Of a stretch of DNA of 64,000 bases, positions 23,642 to 37,300 are shown piece after piece; position 1 is the stretch's first letter; every line of letters begins with the position of its first letter. A program made the position numbers and the translations under genes. The DNA is from Lytechinus pictus (taxonomy: Eukaryota). The DNA is taken from positions 2,480,001 through 2,544,000 of the forward strand of contig NC_087260.1 in NCBI RefSeq assembly GCF_037042905.1, in the 5' to 3' direction. The notes below the pieces were generated by a model, which did not search any database, was not told where the DNA came from, and saw only the letters and a program-made list of their open reading frames with translations.

Positions 23642-26600
23642 ATGTTGACTTTCATCTCTTTAGTCCTAGTCTTGACTGCCTGTTCTACCGGGGCACAGGC
23701 AGCGTGTTGCTGCCCCACCTACTGGACTGCTTTTGGACAGCATTGCTATAGGTAATTAGATCTAGCATGTATCGAAATTCATTCATTTATCATGATACGA
23801 AGACGATTGTTGTCCTTTTTTAAGATTAATTTGTCATATATCTAATGTTAGGGGGTGCCCCCTTAATTTTGAATTTGTGCAGCAGTTTATTGTATTGGAG
23901 AGATTTGTCTTGTATCCCCTTGTACCCCGCTTGACACAAGCTCTCACGAATCGCCGCACATACGCCGTAGAGGATGAGAAAAAAATGAGACCTAATAACT
24001 CAATTTTTTAGTTCCATGTTCATGAATTTTCGTGAAACATACGTGTTTTCCATTGACTAAAATACTTATTGATATTTTTTTTTATTGTCATTTTTTTTAA
24101 TGTCTCATCTGGAATGCCAGGTTAATTTCATCGTGCTAATGATGTCATCGGCAGCATAACGTATTTTTATTACGTTTTCCCTCTTCCTGATCAATTTTTA
24201 GATTTTTCGCCTACACCAAATCATGGGAGGACGCAGAGCGCCACTGCCAGTCGTATAGTGTGCCCTCTCTCGGCAGCGGAGGAATAGTTATCGACAGTAT
24301 TGGTCATCTCGTCTCTATCCATTCTGAGAAAGAGCAAAACTTCGTCTCAACATTTTTCGGAGATTATGCAAAAGAGGTAATATCGTATTCTCGCAATTAT
24401 TTTCCGGGAAACTCTCTACATCCTTGAAAGAATAGTATACGTTAGAACCGAAAAATTTTTGTCAATGCATAATATTTTATCTGATGTTCAATTTGGGTTT
24501 CGCGAAAAGCACAACACCACTCATGCCCTGATGAATTTTGTCAACAAAGTAGTTAATGCTCTAGATAAATCTAGTCACCTTGTGGGTATTTTCCTGGACT
24601 ACTCCAAGGCCTTCGATACCATCAATCATGAAATCCTACTTAAAAAAATGTCTCACTATGGTGTGCGAGGGAAGGCCTTGGAGTGGTTCAGGAGTTACTT
24701 ATTCAACAGACAACAATACGTGTTTGTTAAAGATCATAACTCCAATTTAAAATATGTTAACTGTGGAGTCCCTCAGGGTAGCTTATTAGGCCCACTTCTT
24801 TTCACAATTTATATAAATGATTTCTGTAGATCATCCAAAATATTGTCCCTTATCTTGTTTGCAGATGATTCGACCTTATTTTTTTCTCATCAGAATCCAC
24901 AAACTTTAGTTGATGTTATCAATTCTGAACTTATTAATGTTACTGAATGGATAAGAGCCAATCGATTATCTTTGAACCTTAACAAAACAAAATACATGTT
25001 ATTTAGTAATTCCATAGACAAGTTACCGATGAACATTATGTTTGATAATACCTTATTACAAATGGTACCTTACACCAAATTTCTTGGTATAACAGTTGAC
25101 AGTAAACTTTCTTGGAAAAATCATATTGAAAATATATCCAAAATAATTTCACGAAATATAGGTATTATTAATAGGCTAAAATTTTGCATTCCCTCCACAT
25201 CACTAATCATGCTCTACTCATCCTTAATCTTGCCTTATTTAAACTACGGGATTCTTATTTGGGGTGATACCCATCAATACTTATTAGACAAATTGTTGCT
25301 TTTGCAAAAGAAAGCACTTCGTATTATTTATAGTACATGTTTCCGTTCTCATACGGACCCACTTTTTCTAGAAAGTAAACTGTTGAAAGTCAAAGACCTG
25401 TATTTACTACAGTTAGGGCACTTCATGTATAGTTATAATAATAATGCACTTCCCCATATTTTTGATGCCATGTTCCCTAAAAATCAATTTTATCATAACT
25501 ACCCCACGAGACACTCTGACGAACTTCACATTCCACTTTACAGAACTTTACTGGCCAAAAATACATTCCTTTTCAACGGTCCTAAATTCTGGAACTCACT
25601 AGCTAATACTATTAAAGACAGTGTCTCCTTAAATCCATTCAAACATAAACTCAAACTTATCCTGCTTAATTCCTATAATTCTTCGCAACGGAACTAACAC
25701 TTCATTATCTTGATTTTAATCATTACATTTTTCACTTTTATTGTTTTATCTTTTTTCATCTGATATTGTCCAGTTATATCATCTTTTGTCATTTCACCAG
25801 ATCAAGCTGGTTCGTGGTCAGCCCTTTCCCATTCTTAATATTCCTCCTTTTATAAAGTAGTTATCTTGTCTTGTACTGTCCTGTCTTTTGTTTTGTCTTG
25901 TCTTCTATGTCTTGTCATCCCCTCTCTCTCTTTCTGTTTTTTTTTTTTCTTTTCTTTCTTTCCTTTCTTCTGTCTTGCGCAACACATCCTTTACTACGAA
26001 GACCTCTTTGTGTGAAAAGCTTTGCATTAGTTCAGTAATTATATTTGCATCCGTATGATTTCTTTTGTTCTCTTTTTCTTTCCTGTAATACATATAATTA
26101 TGTACGCATATCAGAATAAGTCTACTATACTTTTTTCATTTCCAAGGGGGATCCACACTTTACAAGCTTTGCTTTTTAGTGGATCCCCCTCATTTCCATT
26201 TATGCTCTATATTATACTGTTTTTTCTGTTTTGGTTTTTTTTACGAAGTAAGAATGCCCTTCTGTAAAATTGGACTTGATTTGTATTACTTGATATTACT
26301 TTGTATTATGTTTTTTTAATGGAAATGAAATAAAAAGAATTGAAATAAAAAAAAAAAACATCGCACCAATTTCTTTGAAAATGCAAGTCAAATCACAATG
26401 GACAGCTAAGAGAGTTTTTTTTTTTTTTTTTTTTAAACGTGGTGGACCGGCCAGCAGCAGATCGTCCATAGATTCGGTCCGGACGAATATTGCAAATATA
26501 TTATTTGTCCAGATTCTAGGATGACACTGCTGTTTTGATTCACCGATTTGAAAATGAGAACATGTTTGCTTGGTTTAAAGCGGCACTCTCAACACATAAA

Positions 26601-27757
26601 ACGGATCCATCTCAGGTGAAAGGGGCACAGAAAACGTTCGTGAGGGGCACTTTTCTTAGGTAAAAATAAGGGGCACTGATACGATCGAGAAAGGGCACTT
26701 ATAAAAGGCAAAGGGGCACTTGCTAACGGCATAAAACGGGTCCTTCTCACTTATGAAAGGGGTTCTGAGAACACGTTCGTGAGGGGCACATTTCTTGGGT
26801 AAAAAGGGGCACTGGCTCTAGTAATGGCACTTGCTAACACCTAAAACGGGCCCTCCTCGGGTGAAAGGGGCACAAAACACGTTCGAGAGTGGGGGGGGGA
26901 GCATTCTTTGGTAAAAATGAGCAATTATACGAGAAAGGGCACTTGGTAACACCTAAAACGGGTCTTTCACATGTATTAGGGGTACAGTCCACGTTCATAA
27001 GGGACATTTTTCTTGCGTAAAAAGGGCACCTTTTCAGTGCTTCAAAAAATAAATCAGCTTGATCAAAGGTATACCGGCCTATCACGAATTCTGTCTGTCA
27101 TAATTTATTTGCGCTATCCTTCTCCTTTCGGAAGCAGTTGGAAAAAAGATGGTTGAATGGAGTCGTATATAGTCTAGCATTGTTGCAAAGTCTTTGCAGC
27201 AAAGTTTGTAACGTCGATCAGCAAGGGTATGCTATGCCGTAGTTCAATTAGAGCACTCTCATAATTTATGTAGAATAATGAGAGCTAATTGTTTGGAGAA
27301 CCAAAAAAGGTTTTCATTATGGGGGGGGGGGGGGGGCACGTTTTTAATCAGCTCCCTTTTTCAAAGAGTGTGTCGTACATTTTAAGACGGATACAGCCCA
27401 CTAAGAAAATGAATTTCTTCCATGAAGAAAGACATAAAACATGTAAAATAACGAAAACTAAAAATATTTGTGCAAACTTTACAAAATCATCATTATCATA
27501 TTAATTTTCTTTTCTCCCCTTGCATGCTTCAGAATGATTCTCACATGTGGATTGGCCTACATGACATGACAACGGAAGGAGAATTCCAGTGGACCGATGG
27601 CACCCCTATGGATTTCACCAAGTGGGGCTCAACTGAACCAAACAACTATGGAACGGGAGAGGACTGGGCATTTTTGAACTCGGAGAACCATTACGTATGG
27701 TATGATACTAGCAGTGCGACTAAGCCTTATTTCATGTGCAAACTTCCAGCAAAATGA
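23642..27757 (+). CDS. Secreted echinoidin-like C-type lectin, 169 aa; exons 23642-23751, 24202-24376, 27533-27757
   Basis: Signal peptide, then CCCPTYWTAFGQHCYR | FFAYTKSWEDAERHCQSYSVPS...IDSIGHLVSIHSEKEQNFV | WIGLHDMTTEGEFQWTDG...EPNNYGTGED...FMCKLP. GT-AG introns with consistent phases 2 and 0. Strongly resembles sea-urchin echinoidin. The middle exon is absent from the ORF track. Confidence 0.92.
24420..26358 (+). mobile_element. 5'-truncated L2/Crack/CR1-group LINE with uninterrupted RT C-terminal ORF, 3' UTR and A-rich tail, in lectin intron 2
   Basis: ORF 24459-25697 contains QFGFR, FLDYSKAFDT, GVPQGSLLGPLLF, LFADDS, KFLG and YPTRHS, with no stops. The tail reads AATAAAAAGAATTGAAAT(A)n, and ACATC occurs at both junctions. 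Confidence 0.93.
26595..27032 (+). repeat. Degenerate minisatellite, ~4 units of 110-135 bp
   Basis: Units begin TAAAACGG(A/G)TCC at ~26597, 26732, 26842 and 26954, each with GTGAAAGGGGCAC...ACGTTCG and AAGGGCAC subrepeats. Confidence 0.75.
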
Positions 27758-28890
27758 ATGAAATTATAAAGGATGGGAACCGGTTTACTGCTCAAACCAT
27801 TCACTCGTCTGAATATGCAGCCTACAATTCCTACACAATTATGATGATTATTATGTGCACAAGGTCACAGACGGGCCCTTTCCACTGATCTTTACGCTAT
27901 CAGATCAGTTGCCCTCTCATTGAAGCAGCAATTTTATTTTTTGTGCTAGTCTTTTTTTTGGAGAAACACTCGTTAGTAAAAGTTTCAATCAGGGCATTTG
28001 TTTGTAGACTAGGTGGGATGCTAGTTTGCGGCACAGACCCTGATTGAAACTTTGATCAACAACTGGGTCTTCACACAAAGACTAGCACATATGAAACTTA
28101 CTGTTTATACAAGGCATTATAGGCTGCACATTCATACCCCTTCACACGAGTGAAGGGTTTGTACATCAGACTAGTTCGATATGGTTGCACTTATCCGAAG
28201 CTATTATCTTGTCCTAATTTTCTTGAGATCTATATTGCATCTTAGTCATGTCAGCTATAATGATATCATAAAAGTAATATAACTTTAATAATGGTTCAAT
28301 CACTGTGTGACTTATGTATTTATTTTCCGTCCCACTTCCTATTTTGTCTAATAGTCAGTTCAAGCAGTGTTGGGCTAATTCCGTATTTTATTCTATGAAA
28401 AAACAACGAAATTATCATTATACAATTCGCATTTTTAGGGACCTAAGAAATACAATCCCTGCTTTTAATGTAGGGTCCATCGCTTTTGTTTTTTCACAAA
28501 AACCTGTTTTTTTCCAACTTATTGTACTTGGTTAATGATCACTTTATTATTTTTCTAGACACATTCACTTTGTCAATTGTTCTTTGTTTATCATGTATGT
28601 ATTATTACGAATTATATATATAATTATTTGTTTACCATGTGCGTAGTATTAATACTCTTTGAATATCGAAATTTCTGGTGGAGGCATGAATTTCAACAAT
28701 GCGAATCCAATAAGCTTATCATGCTCTGATATCAATTTCAATTATTTTAGATGATTTACTTTAACCCTTGGGTTTCTATTAAAAAAATGAGAAAAAAATA
28801 TTTTTACATAACTTTTATCACATAATTTAAAGTGCTTTTGCACTGAAACTGTAAACTCATGTTGGTCTGCACCTTATCTCCGGATATGTT

Positions 28891-29134
28891 CACTGCAAAA
28901 ACACCGGTGTTGATTTAACACCGGCCCGGTATCTATATCGGAATACAACAGGGAAGTAAAGTGTTGAAACAACACCAGTTAAAAATGAAACCGATATTGG
29001 TTTAACACTGCCGTTTAAACGCGTATTTGGTGTTAGCGTAAAGCCGAAGTGGTGTTGTTTTAACACCTCTGTGGTGTTTCCTATATATAGATACCGATCT
29101 GGTGTTAAATCAACACCCGTATTTTTTTTAGAGT
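28891..29134. mobile_element. CACT-ended palindromic MITE (CACTA/EnSpm-like non-autonomous)
   Basis: CACTGCAAAAACACCGGTGTTGATTTAACACC ... GGTGTTAAATCAACACCCGTATTTTTTTAGAGT inverted ends. Confidence 0.65.
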
Positions 29135-29314
29135 TGATATAAAACTCCCACCCCCTAAAAATCATTAGGAATTAATAATTGAACAAGAATTTTGTAATAC
29201 CTACAGATATGCGTAGTTATGGTCAAGTTTCATTTCATTTCAATTCATTTCGTTTATTTCCATTTCCAATATCTACAATTTGTTTCGTACATGTTGATAT
29301 ACAAATTTAAGCAA

Positions 29315-29471
29315 CACTGTAAAAAATGTAGTGCTAATTTAGCACTTACGGTGCTTGTATAGTACGAGTGCTGATTTTCTAGTTCAAATTTAATCTAGAA
29401 AATCAGCACTCGTAGTGCAGTCACTATACAAGCACCGTAAGTGCTAAATTAGCACTTCATCTTTTACAGTG
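29315..29471. mobile_element. Near-perfect hairpin MITE (CACTGTAAAA...TTTTACAGTG)
   Basis: Long inverted arms around TCAAATTTAA, flanked by AA. A related partial copy lies at ~61080-61210. Confidence 0.8.
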
Positions 29472-30511
29472 AAGAAGCCATACAAAAAATTATACGTACT
29501 AAAATTATAATCAAGATGATCATACAAACAGGTTGGGAATGGAGGAGGGTGCTAAAATATATAGCGCCAGGGTGCAGTGCAGCCTCACAAAGAAAAATAT
29601 TCTTGTAGATAGTATAGAAAACTCAAAATGAACTTTAACATAAAACCAGCTACACGAAAAAATAGGGGAAAATGAAAATAAAAAGAGAAAATGGGAAGTT
29701 AGAAAGTTAGAAAGGCACCGAGAGAAAAAAAAGAAAGGAAGAGAGAGGGGAGAAAGGGAGAGAGAGGGGGAGAGAGAGGAGAAAGAGATAGAAAGGGGAG
29801 AGAAAAAGAGAGAGGCATAGGGAGTGGGGGATTTAGAGAGAGAGAAGAAAATAATTAGAAGGGAGAGGGGGAGAGAGAGGTATAAAAGGGGGCTTGTGTC
29901 TTTGATTTGATTTCACTGGTATTCATATAAGTGTAAAATTAGGTACGAAAAATAAATTATTTCTGCTCTGTCAATTACTTTTAGATGAGGAAATCACAAT
30001 AAAAACATGGAAAAAGTGGGTCTCCGTGTGTAATCCTCATTTACGTCTGTGAGCTGCCCAATAACGTCATCGCATGACCTAGGGTTCGAACCCCGGACCT
30101 CTGAAAAGGGGAAAGATGGGCACACACCACAACACCTTTTTTTCACAACATAAACGACAATCTATTTTTTCAGGTTACGGTCTGCATCGAAGCTTTCGTG
30201 AAATTATCTGCACACTGTTAAATTTGAGCATTTTAACAGAGCGAGTCACATCTTTCGCAGAGTCCACTAATATGAACACAATGTAAAAGCAAGAGGTTCC
30301 ACAACATGAACTTAGCTGCTTAAAATTTTCATATGAATTGGTTATATACCAGCTTGGCGCAATACCAGCAAAATGCCGAGTTCCTACGGGAGTTAAGTAC
30401 CATAAAAGAAACAAATCTGAGCATTTTAAGTGTGAATTCGTTCGCAAAATCCATTGTGTACGCTCTGCATATCTACATTGTAGAGGTGTTCAATGCGCAG
30501 TGTGAACCTAG

Positions 30512-31328
30512 TTAAAGGGGAATCCAGCCTTGGTCATATGTTGCGCTTAGAAAGGCGAAAAGAAAATGAAACAGAATGATGAAAGTTTGATAGAAATCGG
30601 ACGAGCAATAAGAAAGTTATCACTGCTTTAAAATTGAGATCCCTAAAATTATGTAGCTTTCAATTTTTTTTTTTTTTTTTTTTTTTTGCTTGTCAATTTT
30701 GTTTCCGGCGTCCCCCCTAAAATTTTTGGTTGATAACCTTTTTTTTTTTTTTTTTTTTTTTTGCTTGTCTAAATTTTTTTGTGGTCCCCCCTAATTTTTT
30801 TTGCTTCCGCCGCCAATGATTAAGTATCCATCCTCCTGGGCACTAGCGTACCTACGGGGGGGGGGGGGGCAGAGGGGCAGTCTGCCCCCCCCCTGACGAG
30901 CCACCACCCATGCATGTATCCCTGCCCCCCTGACGAGCTTGAAAGACCTTTTTGCCCCCCCCTGACGAAAATCCTGGAAAATCCTAGGTACGCCAGTGCT
31001 CCTGGGACAGTAATCTAAGTATAAACCAAATAGTTCATTATGTCCTCATGAAAGAAAATATAATTTGAAGTCAAAATTTTGAAAAAAATAAGATAATAGT
31101 CATTTTAGTATATGAAAGAGTCGTCATTGCCTTACATCACTATGACATCACAGGCTGCCAAGTTAAAGTCTCCAATGGGTAAAGTGATTGCCATATTTGG
31201 CAACTTTTAAAAATTCACAACTTTCTTACTGTTTGTCCGAAACTGTTCAAACTTTTACCTATTTAACTTGTCTGATTTTTCCTTTTCCTCTAAAAACAAG
31301 TTTTTTTTCGGGTAGGATTCCCCTTTAA
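30512..31328. mobile_element. Kolobok-like MITE carrying nested insertions
   Basis: TTAA-AGGGGAATCC ... GGATTCCCCT-TTAA termini; contains the hAT-like element at 30841-30998. Confidence 0.7.
30841..30998 (+). mobile_element. hAT-like MITE with 8-bp TSD
   Basis: CACTAGCGTACCTACGG ... CCTAGGTACGCCAGTG flanked by the exact direct repeat CTCCTGGG (30833-30840 and 30999-31006). Confidence 0.85.
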
Positions 31329-34300
31329 ATTTTGATCATTTCAACAGTATGAATAACAGCTTTCACTACGCACACTGTTATGTGAGTATACTGAATATCC
31401 TGACACTGCATTCTTTTTAAGAACTTGTCAATAAAGTCTTATTTTTCTCCCGCAATCATACTTCACTCACAACAAAATACATTTCAGTCACATCTATATT
31501 TTGTACACAATACATATTTTATTAGATTCAACAGTACAAAGCATAACATCATCAATGACTGCTTCTGGACACTCTAACAATTACAAACTATCAACGTTGT
31601 CTCACGGTTTAGTAATGATTGAAGAATTTGTATTTTTAAAAGAAAACTCAGAAGAGATTTCGAGTTACATTTGTAATCTTTTCACAAAGGGAACACTAGA
31701 GGACCACAAAACTTTCACATCAAAATATATTTCATAAGCTGCTTCTTAAAGGAATTAAACTTTTTTATACATACAATAATTATATGTACAGTATATATAC
31801 ATTATATCATACAAAAATCTCAGTAGGGGTAAAAAAAAATGAAAAAAAAAATCTCAGCAACGATTGCGGGCGCAGTGGTACGTACCTCTAATGATATTTT
31901 TTCTAATAAGTGGGGGGGGGGGATTGATAATGAAATAGGAAGGAAGAGGTCTGGTTCGTATTACTTTAAAACACTTCTATCATCAAAATGGAGAAGAAAT
32001 TACGTCATCCTATTTATTTAGACCAGAAAATGCAAAACATATAGTATATGCTTCTTCTAGCATGCCTGTAGCTATAATTTCTCCAAAGTCGATTAGATTT
32101 CTGTGTTCTCGAAAAATTATAGCCATATTGTAAGAATAAAAAAATGAATGACTGGAATAACTTAAGCACTGGCATACAGATTTGGGGGGGGGGGTTGCGT
32201 GGCAAAAAACCACGACAAAGATTTTTTTTGGCTCATTACGCTACTTCAGCAAATACATGACCGTGACTTCGAGCATTATAACACCCGACGTCCAATAATT
32301 TATGTGAATTTTTTGCCTTCAATAATCCAATGCCGTAGCTTTGTATTGGAAGTAATAATACTTATTATTGAACGACAAGTATAAGAATATATATCTCCTC
32401 GAGGGGTTCAGGGGCATCGTGTCCGGAAGAGGGGGGGGGGGGGCACTGTAAATATAAGGTGGACGCCAATCTCTTCCATGAAATGGATTTGAAAAAAAAA
32501 AGACCTATAACCGATCATGCTTCAGTCTACGACTACCCATATCAATCAATTTGCCACCCCCCCCCTAATAATGTCTCAAATATTCTTTTGTCATGAAAGG
32601 TTGAAAAGCATGTCCCACTGTCTCCGATTTTGGCATTTTTTACCCTTCACTGTACGGGCGTACAATCGTGAAACACAACTACCATTTTACGTGCTTTTAT
32701 GGATGATCATGGCCTAGTGTCCACCTTGTAATGACAGTGGCCCACCACCCCCCCCATGTCCCCGGGATTCGTATATGATAAGACGGAAATGGGCGGGGCT
32801 CGTTAGTACTGAATAATCTTTAAAATCAAGATGTACAATAAATAGAGTCAGATAAACTATAAGAAAACGTATCTTAGTATTATTTACAAAAAATAAGAGA
32901 ACAAACATATTTCAAATAATTCGATTCCTATTCCTACGAGGGCGAATGACTAGCAAATGTCACCTCTCAGATTGAATAGCTTCACGTGCTCCAAGTGCAA
33001 GCTATATAAATCAATGATGATTTCATGGCCGTGGGAAGCGGATGGGTGCTGGGGTACCCGTGACTTGCCTGGGGGTGCTGCGTGTGTACACTGTGGGCAT
33101 TACCAAAATTACCTTCAATTTGGATTTTTTTTTTTGGTTGTCAAATTTTTCCTGAACAAAACCACCTTCATTCTGGAGACACAGTGAAAACCTTGAAAAA
33201 TGTTCCCCCATTTTTTCCCCTCAAACCAGCACCTCCTCTTGATATCGTTCCCATGGCTCTGGGTGGTTGTAGTAATTTAAAGCCAGCCGCACACTACACG
33301 TTCCAACCGTACGACGCGATTTTTTAATAAATCGCTTCAGATCAAGATGAACAATAAATAAATGTCTAAGATCTTTGATCTTCAATATTCATGGATAAGA
33401 CCATCAAAATATAAGTAGGGTCTATTTGGATCTGTTTTGTTCTACGCAAAACCCCTTAAATATTAGGGGCTTTGTGTCACGGCTATATAGGCGATGCCTA
33501 CTGTGATAACCGCCCAAATCAGGGGAAAACTACTTTTCAACAATATCTATATGTGAAGAAACGGCATAGATTTCAGCCTATGATGAAAATAGAATATTAA
33601 AATTATTAGTGAGGCATTATTTGGAGTGGGGACAAAGAAAACAAAAGTGGTCACATGATGACACTTTCCCATCCCGCCCATGGGAAACTGTTGTCATAAA
33701 TAACATGAATAGTGTTTTAGTTCAGGTCGTACCAATTGGCGTTGACCTTCGAACGGTTGAACACGAACCCTTTAAGATGATATCAATTATAAAGAGTTCA
33801 GGGATAGTTCAAAATCTATTCATTGGACCGAGTTTTGAACAGATATTTTAACTTAAAATAATTATGGTCAGTTGCTGAGCCTACGGTGGGGGGGGGGGGG
33901 GGGGGGGGGGTTAGGGGGTTTAAGCCCCGGCCCCCCCCCCCCTTTGGGCTGCCAAGTAAAGAAAAGTAATCACCTACATTTTAGAGCCGACCCCAAATTA
34001 CCCTCATTTTATAGGGAACTCTTTTTTTGTTTTGCTTGTCAAATTTCTTTGTACCAAAATGACCTTCATTTTGTAGTGAAACCCCCCTTTTTTGTTTCTC
34101 AAATCCTCTCCTTGGAAAAAGCCAGATGGCTGTCCCTGCTGGCCATGTTCGTCAAAAATTGTGGTTTGGGTATGGGTAGCCAATTGGGACATAAATATCT
34201 AACAGTTTCTCTTTATCAGCTCTAGTTCACCACAGAAACATACATGTAAACGAAACTTTAAAAAAATAATATTTGGCTTCCAATAAATTTAGCACAGAGA

Positions 34301-34356
34301 TATACCATGGTCTAAGTTAAATTTGACATCAGAATAAGGGCCAATAAATATACAAC

Positions 34357-37300
34357 TTAAAATTGGGGAATTTGTAAGTTACAATCTCCCCGCGTTCCTC
34401 GCTCGAACTTCGACAGTTGGATCATACCGAAGTAGGAGTTATCTTCTGTGAGGTGGAGGCGGGACTCCGCGAAGCCAAGGGGAACGAAAGGTTTCACTCC
34501 GACGTGGTCACTGGCTTCCAGGTAATACACGCCTCCTGTGTAACTAGAATCGTAAGTGCAGGTGCGCAGCATGTTGAAAGCCCTGGAAATATGAAAGAAT
34601 GGGGATAAGTTGTAAGACGATACCAATAAATAATAATTATATTCTGCTTCTAGTGCTTGATGACGCTGACCACAAGATCATGGTCATTAAACTTTGGTTT
34701 TCTCCCGCACACAATGTATGCACTTTCTCCACTCCCTGGGGAGCATCCAAACAAGAGTTTTCAAATAAGATTTTAATGGACATATTTTTAGGCTCTCACA
34801 TCGTACCGGGCTATTTTTCTCTGCCAACAAACGTAGAGGGCAGCAACACTCTGTGATTATGATTTTCTGAAAATGCAGCCGCGCAGCTCCTTCGTTTCGT
34901 TTGTCGCGTGATATGATTTTTTTTTTCAAATGCAATTTTCTCAAAATTTTGAACGTGATTTCATTTATGGGAGGGACATATCAGTTGACATACCATTTCA
35001 TACCTCCTATATAAGAAAAAAATATTTATGTTCATGTTCCATATAAAAAAAGACTTTATGGAGATGTTTTCCGTTATGTCTGGGAGAGCTGCTCGTATAT
35101 GACGTCTAACAGACGTCACAAATAAAAACTGAAAATCAACAACTCCATTATTCTTTAATGTATTTTGATCTAACCTTCACCAATAGTTTTCTTTAGATTA
35201 TTTTCTTTGCTTTGATCAAAACCAACTTTCTGTCAGGATGAACATCCCCTATAAAAAAAAAGCGACACCGAACCAGAAATTGGTTTACTTACGGGCTTGT
35301 CTGTGTATGGGTTAACTTCTTTTCGATTTGCCGTCCACAGTGCGTTTTCACGTAGAGACTATGGCCTCTTCCTAAGGTATTGTTGTTACACGTTTCTATG
35401 GTAACTTGGGCGTAAATGTAGTAGTATCCTGCGTGAGGGGCAATTAAGAATTTGTTCATTCGGAGAGGGATGCTGGCGTGGGAGTTGCTTTCTTGGTCGG
35501 TCCAAACAAACCACGCACCTGCAAAAAAAAAGATATAATGAACATTGATAATGATACATTTATATTGCGCAATTTCTTTATTGTACTGTATATACTCAAA
35601 TGCGCATTACAATAATGTTATTATTATTATTACCCCGCTTATAAACTTGCTGCCTACAGGCGCTCTTGCATTCGGGGAATTTCTTCCTACCGGGTACCCA
35701 TTCACGGCCTCACCAGGGTTGAGTGCAGCACAACATAGGTAATTTTTTTGCTGAAGGAGAACACGCCATGGCTGGGAATCGAACCCACGTCCCTCAGATT
35801 GAAAGAAAAGAGTCAGAACCACTAGACTACGACACCCCCACAATAAAGATGATATTTGATGGTGGTATCAATAATAATAAGGATAATATCATATTTACAT
35901 CTATTACGATAATACTATCACTCCTACAAATAACAATAATTATAATAAAAGTAACAATAACAACATTTCTAATACTAGTAATAATAATAATGATGATGAT
36001 AATGATAATAATGATAATAATAATACTGCTAATATTAATAAAACAATGATGATAATGATAACAATAATAACAATGGGAACAATCTTAATTTTAACACTAT
36101 AAGAAATAACACCCCAAAAATAACAGGAATGATACCAACGGAAATAAAAATACCATTATCGATTCTAGCATATCTATTCTTCCAAATTTCAAAAGCATCT
36201 GAAAGTAGACTGTTATTGTGAATTTCAATAAATGTTACTCACTTGCAGGATACATATGTGATTGCGGCTGACTTGAGGCGAGCGGAACAACGTGTGCCGT
36301 AGGATCTCCAACTGAAAAAAATATATTAAAAATAAATTGAAAAATAGAATGAAAATCAAAATGAAGATAAGGAAATGCCATTCTGCGAGTAAAAGCCTGA
36401 TCTTTTTTTAACAATATTATCAGGTCTTGACACGATTACACTCATCCAAACTTTTTTTTTATTCTTTTATTTTCTTGTATGCCTCAAACAATATATTTCA
36501 AGATAGATGGCGCTATACAAATGCCTATTATCATCATTTCATTTTATTTCATTAATTGATTTCCTGTTCACAGTACGTTGTTGTACATGTAAGTTTATGC
36601 TCACATCGTTATTTTGGATTCATTTGGTATAATGACTATTTTGTTTATATAATTGATTATTTTTGCACACTGTATTGTATATGCAAACACATTTGATATT
36701 ATGTGTGGTATTATTTTGAACGCCTTGATAAAAAAAAACATTATAATTTAATTTATCATAATTTACATCATAATAATAGATAATAAAATGATATCATGAT
36801 TATCATTATTACATATCGAATTAGATATCAAAGAAAAGGACATTATGAAAACGAATAAATAATTAAAATCTAGAGTATGCGTACTTATCAAAAATATAAA
36901 TATTGAAATGAATTTACTGGCCTTGAGAAGCCAAACCAAACATTATCTGAACCATATCATGAAATCATAGCAAATAACGAATAAAGGATCAGCTTGTCAA
37001 TAACATACAGTGATTATAAAGACATGAATTACTGACGTCACGTGATATCTGATGACGTCAGTTGAACTAAGCATTGCGACGTCACAGGAATGAAACCTGG
37101 GGAGTGTTTCATCAACATTATTTTGTTGTCCGACAAGACAAGTTTTCAAATCTGACAGCTTTCCTTGATTTTCGTGTGTGCATGACTGTTACTATGGTTG
37201 TTACTATGGTAACAATCGGATAAAATAACCGACAAATCCATTCATAACACGCTCCCAAGATGGCAGAAATTCATGTTCAATCGAATATCAATGACGCAAA

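Noticed and set aside
26595-27032. CRISPR-like array
   Set aside because: Eukaryotic context; units are long, degenerate and lack unique spacers, so this is a minisatellite.
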